In this document: one piece after another, positions 15,891 to 25,065 of the stretch
Layout: every line of letters starts with the position of its first letter
Position numbering within the stretch: position 1 is the first letter of the stretch
Assembly (NCBI GenBank): GCA_017525525.1
Contig: JAFXSQ010000030.1
Coordinates: 63-64,062 of the forward strand
Direction of reading: 5' to 3'
Length of the DNA: 64,000 nt
Source of the DNA: Lachnospiraceae bacterium
Lineage (GTDB): Bacteria > Bacillota > Clostridia > Lachnospirales > Lachnospiraceae
Translations under genes and position numbers: made by a program
The notes under the pieces: generated by a model
Database searches by the model: none
The model's input: the letters and a program-made list of their open reading frames with translations, nothing else
What the model was told of the DNA's origin: nothing

Positions 15891-18440
15891 ATGAGTATTA
15901 TGATATCTGATAAGCCTTCGCGCGACGAGTTGATCTCTTGTTTCAACGATACGGTCAGTCTTTCACTTAATGATACCGCAATTAAAGAAAATACCCAAAG
16001 GATGGCGGCTGCAAGCAGCGTATATCCCGAGGGTTTCATATCCGGACGGCTTGAGAATCCCGGCATAAGGGCTGAACGTCCCGAAATTGATGTAATAGAG
16101 GGAACGACTTTTGATGCGGCGAGGGATGCCTTAGCTTCGGGAAGAACCCGCAAGGTGGCCGTGCTTAATTTTGCGAACCCTCATACTCCGGGCGGGGGAG
16201 TGACAAGGGGAGCCATGGCTCAGGAGGAGTGTCTTTGCAGAAGCAGTAACCTGTACCAGGGGCTTATCGGTGAGCTGCAGAAGGCTCAGTATTACGATTA
16301 TCACAGGAATATGAATGACAATATCTTCTCGGACAGAATAATCTATTCTCCGGGTGTTCTTGTGTTCAAGGACGATTCTGCATGTCCGAAGCTTATGCCG
16401 AGGGAGAGCTGGTTTTTTACGGATGTGATAACCTGTGCGGCTCCTTATATGGCTGATACTACATTTATCAATGCGGATGTCATTAACAATATATTTGTTT
16501 CGAGAATTCTCAATATCTTCAGGGTTGCCTTTGATAACGGGGTGGATACGCTTGTGCTCGGAGCCTTCGGCTGCGGAGCGTTTATGAATTCGCCTTCTGT
16601 TGTGGCAGCTGCGTTCAGACAGGTTATCGACAATATTGAAAGCTATAACGGAATCGGCGTAAACAGGGTAATCTTCGCCATAAAAAAGAGCCGCGGGGAG
16701 GACAGGATATGTCCGAATCTGCAGGCCTTTATGAATGAGTTTTACGCGGCTTCTTCAGCTGTGCTTCGTTCGTCGGATGATGAAGTGGAGAATATCGGAG
16801 CGAGGACTGAAGGCGGCTGGATGGAAGGGTATGTAATGCCGGACGGCACTGAGCTTGTCAGTATGAACGACAGGATGAATTTCGGTCGCCTGAAGTGGAA
16901 CAATCCATATTGCGCTAAGAATATATCTATATACGGTGATTCCATAAGCACCCTGGCCGGCTACAATCCGGAGGGCTTTAACGTCTTCTATGAAGGGAGC
17001 TACTGCGAAATCGCAGGTGTAAAGGAGCCTGCGGATACCTGGTGGGGAAGGATAATAGGCTTTTTGGGCGCAAAGCTTCTGGTAAATAATTCGTGGTCGG
17101 GCTGCCTTGTTACCGCCGAGGAGGGCAAGGGTGACGGCTTTCCCTCAGGCTGCAGCAAAAAGCGCATAGATATGCTCTGTGTGCCTCATAAAATAAATAA
17201 GGAATTTGATGTAAATCCCGATGTGATTATTATATATATGGGTACAAACGACTGGGCTTACGGAATACAGCCGGCTGCCTTTAAGGATGCCTATGACCGC
17301 ATGCTTAACGGGATAAGCAATAAATATCCAGAGGCAGTAGTATGGTGTTGTACCCTCTGTCCGTCAAAGATATCTGTCAAGCCTCAATTTGTATTCCCGA
17401 CGGAGCCGGCGGGATACAGTATAGATACCTATAACGACATTATTCGAGAGAGAACGGAAGCGTACGATTACGAGCTTATCGATTTTGCGGCGCTTAACGA
17501 GCCCTATGATTCCATAGACGGAAGTCACCCGAATGCGGATGGCATGAAGACGCTTACGGAGATGATAGCGAAGGAAATGAGAATGGTAACCGGCATAAAT
17601 GCGGACGGAACAAGATTTGACTCCTCCGCACCGGCAAAGGACAAGTATAACGGGAAAAAAATCGCCGGCAGGTACAGCTTCAAGAAATTTCTGTGGACAG
17701 ACGGACTCGAGCAAAGGTTCAAGGCTTTGGATACCGAAGAAAGAACAGAGTGCATGATTTCAGTGCCGGAGAATAAGGATGACGGCCATGTCGAGTATTT
17801 CAAGCGAAAGTTTGAACTGCTAAAGGTGCTTCGGTCAGATAAGCTGATCAGGGTGATTGACTGCGTGGAGGCTGATTCGACGGTGTATATGATTGAGGAG
17901 TACAGGGAACACAGAAGACTTCTTGAGATCGACAAAGAGGCAAAGAATAACCATAATATGCTCAGCCATAAGGGCGTGCTTAAATACATGACGGATATTA
18001 CCGAGGCATGCGCATATCTGCACAGTCAGTATCCGCCGCTTGTTCACAGGTGCATTACGCCGAAGTGCATAGTTGTTTGCAACGACGGGGTTGCCAGACT
18101 GGCGGGGCTGTACTCCGCGTTAAGGAGCGATGATGCTAGCGATTTGCTTATGGGAAGGAAGGGGTTTGAAGCTCCCGAGCAGTATTTCCTTCCGGTTTCG
18201 CCCTCGGTGGATGTGTATGCCATAGGCAGAACCATGCTTTCACTGCTTACGGACGTCGATATGCTTTCCGACAGGGATAGCGAGGGAAGATCGTCGGTTA
18301 CGGCGGCGGTGCTCAGGAAGAGGTATGGTGTTGACAAAAAGTTCGCTAAGATAGTGGAGAAATGTATCGAACCGGATGTCAAAAAAAGGTATAAGGATGC
18401 GAATGAGCTTCTCGGTGAATTGAAGAAACTGAACATATGA
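15891..18440 (+). CDS. three-domain protein: bacterial-type PARG-like macrodomain (TIGR02452/DUF2263) + SGNH/GDSL hydrolase + degenerate protein-kinase-like domain
   Basis: 849 aa.
- Residues ~85-245 carry NFANPHTPGGGVTRGAMAQEECLCRSSNLY (GGG-X7-QEE) and LVLGAFGCGAF.
- Residues ~343-562 carry SGNH blocks GDS(349-351), SWSGC, GTND and DGSH.
- Residues ~590-849 are kinase-like with the APE motif retained, but HRD is HRC, DFG is LAG, and there is no Gly loop or VAIK Lys. Confidence 0.8.
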   Translation: MSIMISDKPSRDELISCFNDTVSLSLNDTAIKENTQRMAAASSVYPEGFISGRLENPGIRAERPEIDVIEGTTFDAARDALASGRTRKVAVLNFANPHTPGGGVTRGAMAQEECLCRSSNLYQGLIGELQKAQYYDYHRNMNDNIFSDRIIYSPGVLVFKDDSACPKLMPRESWFFTDVITCAAPYMADTTFINADVINNIFVSRILNIFRVAFDNGVDTLVLGAFGCGAFMNSPSVVAAAFRQVIDNIESYNGIGVNRVIFAIKKSRGEDRICPNLQAFMNEFYAASSAVLRSSDDEVENIGARTEGGWMEGYVMPDGTELVSMNDRMNFGRLKWNNPYCAKNISIYGDSISTLAGYNPEGFNVFYEGSYCEIAGVKEPADTWWGRIIGFLGAKLLVNNSWSGCLVTAEEGKGDGFPSGCSKKRIDMLCVPHKINKEFDVNPDVIIIYMGTNDWAYGIQPAAFKDAYDRMLNGISNKYPEAVVWCCTLCPSKISVKPQFVFPTEPAGYSIDTYNDIIRERTEAYDYELIDFAALNEPYDSIDGSHPNADGMKTLTEMIAKEMRMVTGINADGTRFDSSAPAKDKYNGKKIAGRYSFKKFLWTDGLEQRFKALDTEERTECMISVPENKDDGHVEYFKRKFELLKVLRSDKLIRVIDCVEADSTVYMIEEYREHRRLLEIDKEAKNNHNMLSHKGVLKYMTDITEACAYLHSQYPPLVHRCITPKCIVVCNDGVARLAGLYSALRSDDASDLLMGRKGFEAPEQYFLPVSPSVDVYAIGRTMLSLLTDVDMLSDRDSEGRSSVTAAVLRKRYGVDKKFAKIVEKCIEPDVKKRYKDANELLGELKKLNI

Positions 18441-18456
18441 TAAGGGGGCCGTTTTT

Positions 18457-19212
18457 TTGGCTGAAGCGAGAGATATACTGGAAAAACTTCAAAAAGGCGA
18501 GATAAGCACGGATGAAGCGCTAAGCTTCTTTAAGTCGGAACCCTTCAGGGAGCTGGATTTTGCAAAGCTCGATACCCACAGGGGCGTAAGAAGCGGTTTT
18601 CCGGAGGTTGTATTCTGTGAGGGAAAGCCGGACGGGTACCTTAAAGAGATATATCTTAAGCTGTTTGAAGCGGACGGCAGGGTGTTCGGGACAAGGGCCT
18701 CAAAGGAGCAGTATGAGCTTGTAAAGCCGGTAATACCGGAACTTTGCTTTGACCCTGTGTCAAGGATAATGAAGGCAGATGATGCGCCACTTGAAAAAAA
18801 AGGCTTGATTGTGGTTGCCTGCGCGGGGACTGCGGATATCCCGGTTGCCGAGGAGGCTGCGCAGACTGCGGAATACTTCGGGACATTTACCGAGCGCGTG
18901 TACGATGTAGGCGTGAGCGGGCTTCACAGGCTGCTTTCCAAAGTTGAACTCCTTCAGAAGGCAAACTGCGTGGTTGCGATAGCCGGAATGGAGGGAGCGC
19001 TGGCAAGCGTTATAGGCGGACTGGTGTCAAATCCCGTAATTGCGGTTCCTACCTCCGTGGGCTACGGAGCAAACCTTGGAGGACTTTCTGCGTTGCTTAC
19101 CATGATAAATTCCTGCGCAAACGGGGTATCGGTTGTCAATATAGATAACGGCTACGGCGCAGGTTATCTGGCGACCCAGATAAACAGGCTGGCGGTGAAT
19201 AAAAAATTATAA
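18457..19212 (+). CDS. larB: nickel-pincer cofactor biosynthesis protein LarB (PurE-like NaAD carboxylase/hydrolase)
   Basis: 251 aa with a TTG start 16 nt after the upstream stop. Motifs AGTADIPVAEEA, AGMEGALASVIGGLV, VPTSVGYGA and VVNIDNGYGAG are typical of LarB. Confidence 0.85.
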   Translation: MAEARDILEKLQKGEISTDEALSFFKSEPFRELDFAKLDTHRGVRSGFPEVVFCEGKPDGYLKEIYLKLFEADGRVFGTRASKEQYELVKPVIPELCFDPVSRIMKADDAPLEKKGLIVVACAGTADIPVAEEAAQTAEYFGTFTERVYDVGVSGLHRLLSKVELLQKANCVVAIAGMEGALASVIGGLVSNPVIAVPTSVGYGANLGGLSALLTMINSCANGVSVVNIDNGYGAGYLATQINRLAVNKKL

Positions 19213-19254
19213 TAAAAAAGAGGATTTCCCCCTTCGGGTGTCGTATAAGAAGAT

Positions 19255-20310
19255 ATGCGTGTTTTTTACAACCGGGAGGGGGATTTTAATTTGATCATAA
19301 GGGAATCTTTTGAGGCGCGGGAGCATGAGATATTAAGCCCCCATGCCGCTTTTTCGGATGAATCTCGCGGTCGTGACCACTTTGAAGAAAAGTGTGACTT
19401 GAGGACCGATTACCAGAGGGACAGGGACAGGATAATACATTGCAAATCCTTCAGGCGTTTAAAGCATAAAACGCAGGTTTTTCTTGCGCCCTCGGGAGAT
19501 CATTACAGAACAAGACTCACGCACACGCTTGAGGTGTCGCAGATAGCCAGAAGCATAGCAAAGGCGTTAAGGCTGAATGAGGATTTGACAGAGGCTATCG
19601 CTTTGGGGCATGATCTTGGGCACACACCCTTTGGGCATGCGGGAGAGAGAGCTCTTTCGAGATGTACGAAGAAATACGCCGACAAAGCATTTCGACACAA
19701 CGAACAGAGCGTGCGCGTGGTTGAGGCTTTGGAAAAAAGCGGAAAGGGCCTTAACTTAACCTGGGAGGTAAGGGATGGCATCCTGAATCATCAGACAGCA
19801 GGTAAACCCGCAACATTAGAAGGAAATATTGTAAGGCTTTCGGACAAGATTGCCTACATAAATCACGATATAGATGATGGAATAAGAGCTGGGCTGATGA
19901 CCGAGGAATCCCTTCCGGAGACATGTACGGAGATTTTGGGACACAGCACCAGGGACAGGATTAATACCCTTGTTCACGGAATCGTATCTAACAGTCTCGA
20001 CAGGGAGGTTGTAAGCCTTCCGGAGGAGCAGCAGAAGGCGCTTTATGACTTGAGGGCATTTATGTTCTCAGACCTTTATACCAATCCTGTGGCCAAGGGC
20101 GAGGAGGTTAAAGCAGAGAAGCTTATAACCATGTTGTTTGAGGCCTATATGGAGGATATAGATAAGCTTCCGGAGAAAAGGGCGGAGCTGATAAAGGCGG
20201 GCTCAGATAAGGTAACGGTAATTACGGACTATATCGCGGGAATGACGGATAATTACGCTGTAGAGTGCGCAAAGGAGCTGTTCCTGCCGATGTCCTGGCA
20301 GAGAGCGTGA
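19255..20310 (+). CDS. dGTPase-like HD-domain triphosphohydrolase
   Basis: 351 aa with RTRLTHTLEVSQIAR and LGHDLGHTPFGH motifs. It sits upstream of dnaG-sigA, as in many Firmicutes. Confidence 0.85.
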   Translation: MRVFYNREGDFNLIIRESFEAREHEILSPHAAFSDESRGRDHFEEKCDLRTDYQRDRDRIIHCKSFRRLKHKTQVFLAPSGDHYRTRLTHTLEVSQIARSIAKALRLNEDLTEAIALGHDLGHTPFGHAGERALSRCTKKYADKAFRHNEQSVRVVEALEKSGKGLNLTWEVRDGILNHQTAGKPATLEGNIVRLSDKIAYINHDIDDGIRAGLMTEESLPETCTEILGHSTRDRINTLVHGIVSNSLDREVVSLPEEQQKALYDLRAFMFSDLYTNPVAKGEEVKAEKLITMLFEAYMEDIDKLPEKRAELIKAGSDKVTVITDYIAGMTDNYAVECAKELFLPMSWQRA

Positions 20311-20339
20311 AGAAAGAATCTTAATTATGGGGTGATTTA

Positions 20340-22118
20340 GTGTTTTACGGAGACGAAATAAAGCAGGAGGTTGCAAGCCGGGTTGACATAGTAGAGCTTA
20401 TAAGCGGATATGTAAGTTTAAAACAGAAGGGTAAAGATTATTGGGCATGCTGCCCCTTCCATGCAGAGAAGACACCTTCCTTCAAGGTTAGCAGGGATGT
20501 GCAGCTTTATCACTGCTTCGGCTGTCATAAAGCAGGAGGTGTGTTTAACTTCCTTATGGAATATGAGGGTATGACTTACCCCGAATCGATAGAGTTCTTG
20601 GCGGCAAGAGTCGGATACCAGCTTCCGGAAAAGAAGATGTCCGATGCCGAGAAAAAGAAGGCCGGAAAGCGCATGAGGCTGCTCGAGGTTAACAAGCAGG
20701 CAGCAATCTATTTCTACTATCTTTTGAGAAACACCGAGCATGGCAAGAAGGGCCTTGAGTATTATAAGAACAGGGGATTTACCGACGAGACCATGCATAG
20801 CTTCGGTCTCGGTTACGCCGACATATATGAGAATGATCTGTACAAATACCTGAAGGGCAAGGGCTTTACCGATTATGAGATAAGGGATGCGGGCTTGTGC
20901 GAGCTTAATGAAAAGACCGGAGGAAGGGATGCCTTCTGGAACAGGGTTATGGTCCCTATATACGATATAAACGGCAAGGTTATCGCCTTCGGAGGAAGGG
21001 TCTTGGGTGACGGCAAGCCGAAATATGTGAACACGAAGGCGACGGATGTGTTCGACAAAAGCCGAAACCTTTATGCGCTTCACATAGCCAAGAAGTCCAA
21101 GCGTCGGGGGATGATAATGTGCGAGGGATATATGGATGTCATCTCCCTGCATCAGGCAGGCTTTGACAATGCGGTCGCAACCTTAGGCACAGCGGTAACT
21201 ATCGGACATGCAAGTCTGGTAAAAAGATATACCGACGAGGTCTATCTGTCCTACGACAGTGATGAAGCGGGAGTAAAAGCCGCGATAAAGGCCTCTGACA
21301 TATTCCGGCAGGTTGGAATAAGCGCAAGAGTTGTGGATATGAGGCCTTATAAGGATCCTGACGAGTTTATTAAGAACCTCGGCGCCGAGGAGTACGAGAA
21401 GAGACTTGAGACTGCGCTTCCCGGTATCATGTTCACCATAGAAAAGGAAAAGGAGAAGCATAATCTCTCGGATCCCGAGGAAAAGAGCCGTTTTTTGAAG
21501 GAGGCGGCAAAGGTTCTCGCAACCATAGAAGACAGCCTTACCAGACAGAGCTACATAGACGCCGTTGCTACCGAATATGGGACGGATAAGAACAGCTTAA
21601 AGGAGCTTGTGTCAAAGATCGGTAACGCAGCGGTGGAGAAAAAGATTTACGAATCCGCGGCTGAACAGGACTCCTATAAAAACCGGGATGAGGTAAAAAA
21701 AGAGCAGGAGGGAAAGCCTGAAAAGCTGCTGCTCACATGGCTTACAAGGGAGCCGGCGCTATTTAAGAAGCTGGAAGGCGTGATTAGCGAGGAGGACTTT
21801 ACGGATGAACCGTACAAGACGGTTGCAGCCTGGGTTTTCAGTGAATTCAGGGATAAGGGAAAGGTCGTTCCGGCAAATATAGTCAACACCTTTGAAGAGA
21901 TAGAAGAACAAAGAGATGTCGCAAATATTCTGTCCACAGAGCTATACAAGCCCGGAGAAGAGGGTGATATCCTTGAACGTGAACGCGCATTGACGGACAT
22001 AGTGAAGAGCATAAAGCGTAAATCCATAGATAAGGCGCTTTCCACGGCTGACCCCGTGAAGATGTCGGAGCTGTTTAAACAGCGAGGTTTATTGGATAAG
22101 CTGGAGATAAAGCTGTAA
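20340..22118 (+). CDS. dnaG: DNA primase
   Basis: 592 aa, GTG start. It has a CHC2 zinc finger (CPFHAEKTPSF...CFGC), an RNA-polymerase core and a Toprim domain (EGYMDVISL, DSDEAG). Confidence 0.93.
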   Translation: MFYGDEIKQEVASRVDIVELISGYVSLKQKGKDYWACCPFHAEKTPSFKVSRDVQLYHCFGCHKAGGVFNFLMEYEGMTYPESIEFLAARVGYQLPEKKMSDAEKKKAGKRMRLLEVNKQAAIYFYYLLRNTEHGKKGLEYYKNRGFTDETMHSFGLGYADIYENDLYKYLKGKGFTDYEIRDAGLCELNEKTGGRDAFWNRVMVPIYDINGKVIAFGGRVLGDGKPKYVNTKATDVFDKSRNLYALHIAKKSKRRGMIMCEGYMDVISLHQAGFDNAVATLGTAVTIGHASLVKRYTDEVYLSYDSDEAGVKAAIKASDIFRQVGISARVVDMRPYKDPDEFIKNLGAEEYEKRLETALPGIMFTIEKEKEKHNLSDPEEKSRFLKEAAKVLATIEDSLTRQSYIDAVATEYGTDKNSLKELVSKIGNAAVEKKIYESAAEQDSYKNRDEVKKEQEGKPEKLLLTWLTREPALFKKLEGVISEEDFTDEPYKTVAAWVFSEFRDKGKVVPANIVNTFEEIEEQRDVANILSTELYKPGEEGDILERERALTDIVKSIKRKSIDKALSTADPVKMSELFKQRGLLDKLEIKL

Positions 22119-22152
22119 GAAATAATATTAAAGAATAGAGGAGAGAGGACAA

Positions 22153-23424
22153 ATGGCAGCAAAGAAGAAAAAGGAAGTAAATGAACAGCCCGAAAAGCTT
22201 GAAGACGAGGTTGTTGAAGAGACACTGCTCGAGGATGATTACACCGAAAGCGATGATGCGGATGGAAATGACGAGGTGAAGATCAGCTTCAGCGACGATC
22301 CCGTTCTTGAGGAAAGATTCAGAAAGAAGCTTGACGAGCTTTTAGAGATCGCCAGAAAGAACAAGAATGTTATAGAGGATACCGAGGTTATCAATCATTT
22401 CAAGAATGAGAAGGGAATGGAGCTTAACACCGAGAGGATGACCATTATCTTTGAGTACCTCGAGAAGAGGGATGTTGAAATCCTTTCCATAACGGACGAT
22501 GAGGATGACGAGCCCGATGATATCATGCTTGATGTAGGGGAAGAGGTGGATGTTGAGAATATCGACCTTTCGGTGCCCGAGGGCGTGAGCATTGAGGATC
22601 CCGTAAGGATGTATTTAAAGGAAATAGGTAAGGTTCCGCTTCTTTCAGCAGAGGAAGAAATCGAGCTTGCCCGCCGTATGGAAGAAGGAGATGAAGAAGC
22701 AAGAAAGAAGCTTGCAGAGGCGAACTTAAGGCTTGTCGTAAGCATAGCGAAGAGATATGTGGGAAGAGGCATGCTCTTCCTTGACCTGATCCAGGAGGGT
22801 AACTTAGGTCTTTTAAAGGCAGTAGAGAAGTTTGATTACAGAAAGGGTTACAAATTCTCGACCTATGCAACATGGTGGATCCGTCAGGCTATTACCAGAG
22901 CCATAGCAGACCAGGCAAGAACCATAAGAATTCCTGTACATATGGTGGAGACCATAAACAAGCTTACCAGGGTTTCGAGACAGCTCTTACAGGAGCTTGG
23001 ACGTGAACCGCTTCCGGAGGAGATTGCACAGGAGATGGATATCCCTGTAGAGAGAGTAAGGGAGATCTTGAAGACCTCACAGGAACCTGTATCGCTTGAG
23101 ACTCCTATTGGTGAGGAGGAGGACAGTCACTTAGGCGACTTTATTCAGGATGAAAATGTACCGGTGCCGGCTGAGGCAGCAGCATTTACCTTACTTAAGG
23201 AGCAGCTCGGCGAGGTGCTCGGAACCCTTACCGAAAGAGAGCAGAAGGTGCTTACCTTAAGGTTCGGACTTGAGGACGGAAGGGCAAGAACCTTAGAGGA
23301 GGTCGGAAAGGAGTTCATGGTAACACGTGAGCGTATCCGACAGATAGAGGCAAAGGCGTTAAGGAAATTGAGACACCCGAGCCGTTCGAGAAAGCTTAAG
23401 GATTATCTTGAGGACGACAACTAA
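22153..23424 (+). CDS. sigA: RNA polymerase primary sigma factor
   Basis: 423 aa, acidic N-terminus, rpoD box [27 protein letters not shown], region 4.2 [26 protein letters not shown]. Confidence 0.95.
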   Translation: MAAKKKKEVNEQPEKLEDEVVEETLLEDDYTESDDADGNDEVKISFSDDPVLEERFRKKLDELLEIARKNKNVIEDTEVINHFKNEKGMELNTERMTIIFEYLEKRDVEILSITDDEDDEPDDIMLDVGEEVDVENIDLSVPEGVSIEDPVRMYLKEIGKVPLLSAEEEIELARRMEEGDEEARKKLAEANLRLVVSIAKRYVGRGMLFLDLIQEGNLGLLKAVEKFDYRKGYKFSTYATWWIRQAITRAIADQARTIRIPVHMVETINKLTRVSRQLLQELGREPLPEEIAQEMDIPVERVREILKTSQEPVSLETPIGEEEDSHLGDFIQDENVPVPAEAAAFTLLKEQLGEVLGTLTEREQKVLTLRFGLEDGRARTLEEVGKEFMVTRERIRQIEAKALRKLRHPSRSRKLKDYLEDDN

Positions 23425-24275
23425 TGAGCGGTTCTAAGCTTTCGGACAGGCTTATTGCGGCAGCGGATTGTGTGGCGGCAGCTAAGATTTTTGTGGGATC
23501 TCCTCAGAATTATACTGTTGTGGACTGTGGCTGCGATCACGCCTACCTTGCCATACATCTTGTAAATCATGGCATAGCGAGCAGATGTATCGCTTCGGAT
23601 GTGAGAACCGGGCCTCTGGCAGCAGCAAAAGAGCATATAGAAGAAGCTGGCTTGAGCGAAAGCATAGAAACCGTGCTGTCCGACGGAGTGAAGTCGGTTA
23701 ATCTCGAAGAGGCAGACTGCCTGTGTATATTGGGCATGGGCGGGAGACTTATGACGGATATACTTGAAGCGGGCGGAGAACGTGTATCGCGTTTGAACAC
23801 TTTAGTGCTTTCACCCCAGTCAGAACCTGAGCTTGTGAGAGCCTGTGTTTTTGACATGGGTCTTCACATAGAGGGTGAGCGGTGCGTATTTGAGGATGGA
23901 AAGTATTATGTGATAATGCTGGTTCAGGAAGGTAAGGAGAATGAGCCTTATAATCCGCATGAGCTTCGGTTCGGAAGGGCAGCCGTAAAGATAGATGTCA
24001 TAAATGAGATTAACAGACTTGAAACGTTGCTTAAACGTGATATCTCGGTCAGGGAGAAGCTTGAAGGACTTCCTGGCGAGTCGGCGAGGGAAAAACTGGC
24101 TCCGATATTGGCAGAGATAAAAGAGCTTGAACTGTCACTGGCAGAGATAAAAAAATATGAATGTAATATACCGGATGATAAAGAGTATGAGCTGACGGAG
24201 GCGGATATAGAAGCGCTTGAATTGTTACCGGCAAAGAGAAAAGCGCTTAAACATAATAATAATTCAGGAGATTAG
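23424..24275 (+). CDS. trmK: tRNA (adenine22-N1)-methyltransferase-like protein
   Basis: 283 aa. The ATG overlaps the sigA stop. It has a class I SAM-MTase N-terminus (VVDCGCDHAYLAIHL, ASDV) and a coiled-coil C-terminus. The position between sigA and a Nif3 gene matches Bacillus yqfN/yqfO. Confidence 0.75.
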   Translation: MSGSKLSDRLIAAADCVAAAKIFVGSPQNYTVVDCGCDHAYLAIHLVNHGIASRCIASDVRTGPLAAAKEHIEEAGLSESIETVLSDGVKSVNLEEADCLCILGMGGRLMTDILEAGGERVSRLNTLVLSPQSEPELVRACVFDMGLHIEGERCVFEDGKYYVIMLVQEGKENEPYNPHELRFGRAAVKIDVINEINRLETLLKRDISVREKLEGLPGESAREKLAPILAEIKELELSLAEIKKYECNIPDDKEYELTEADIEALELLPAKRKALKHNNNSGD

Positions 24276-24277
24276 AG

Positions 24278-25051
24278 ATGCTTGTAAGGGATGTAACAGA
24301 GATACTTGAGAGGAACTCTCCGCCCGAGTATGCGGAGGATTGGGACAATGTCGGGTTGCTTTGCGGAAGATCCGACAGAGAGGTTCACAGGATAATGGTT
24401 ACTCTTGATGCAACGACTGAAGCGTGTCGGAAAGCCGTCGAAATGGGTGTGGATATGATAATTACACATCATCCTATGGTATTCGGGAAGATAAACAGGG
24501 TAAACGATCAGTCGGTTCTCGGAAGAAAACTCCTCATGCTTATAGAGGCGGGGGTATCCTGTTATGCGATGCATACGAATTTTGACACAAAGGGCGGTAT
24601 GGCGAAGCTGGCGGGCTCGATGTTGGGGCTTAAAGCAATGCAGGTGCTGGAAGAAACCAAGGACGGAGAAGGGCTTGGCGTTATCGGACTTCTTGAGCGG
24701 ACTACGCCACTGTGCCGGCTGGCAGATCTTGTTAAGCGGCAGTTCGGATTGCCGGAGGTGCTGGTGTTCGGCGATTGTAATAAAGAAGTGGAAAAGGTTG
24801 CTGTTTGTCCCGGCTCGGGAAAGAGTGTGATTGACATTAGTATCGCAAAGGGCGCGGAGTGCCTTATCACGGGTGATATAGGGCACCACGACGGGATAGA
24901 TGCAATGGATGCGGGCTTATATATAATAGACGCGTCACATTACGGGCTTGAGGAGATATTTGTGGATCATATTATGAACGAGGTGCTCGGACCGCTTGAC
25001 GGCGTGGAAATATTCGGCTGGAGCGTAGGCAGACCATATAATGTGTATTAG
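24278..25051 (+). CDS. Nif3-like dinuclear metal centre protein
   Basis: 257 aa with DWDNVGLL, ITHHP, YAMHTNFD and GDIGHHD motifs. Confidence 0.85.
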   Translation: MLVRDVTEILERNSPPEYAEDWDNVGLLCGRSDREVHRIMVTLDATTEACRKAVEMGVDMIITHHPMVFGKINRVNDQSVLGRKLLMLIEAGVSCYAMHTNFDTKGGMAKLAGSMLGLKAMQVLEETKDGEGLGVIGLLERTTPLCRLADLVKRQFGLPEVLVFGDCNKEVEKVAVCPGSGKSVIDISIAKGAECLITGDIGHHDGIDAMDAGLYIIDASHYGLEEIFVDHIMNEVLGPLDGVEIFGWSVGRPYNVY

Positions 25052-25065
25052 GGGAGGGGTTACTT

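Noticed and set aside
20418-21152. Long antisense ORFs. This 244-aa example lies opposite dnaG. Others are 5373-5939, 21674-22225, 26227-26736, 61492-62022 and 62143-62718.
   Set aside because: Each lies entirely within a well-supported gene on the other strand. They lack RBSs and have low-complexity or shadow-frame composition.
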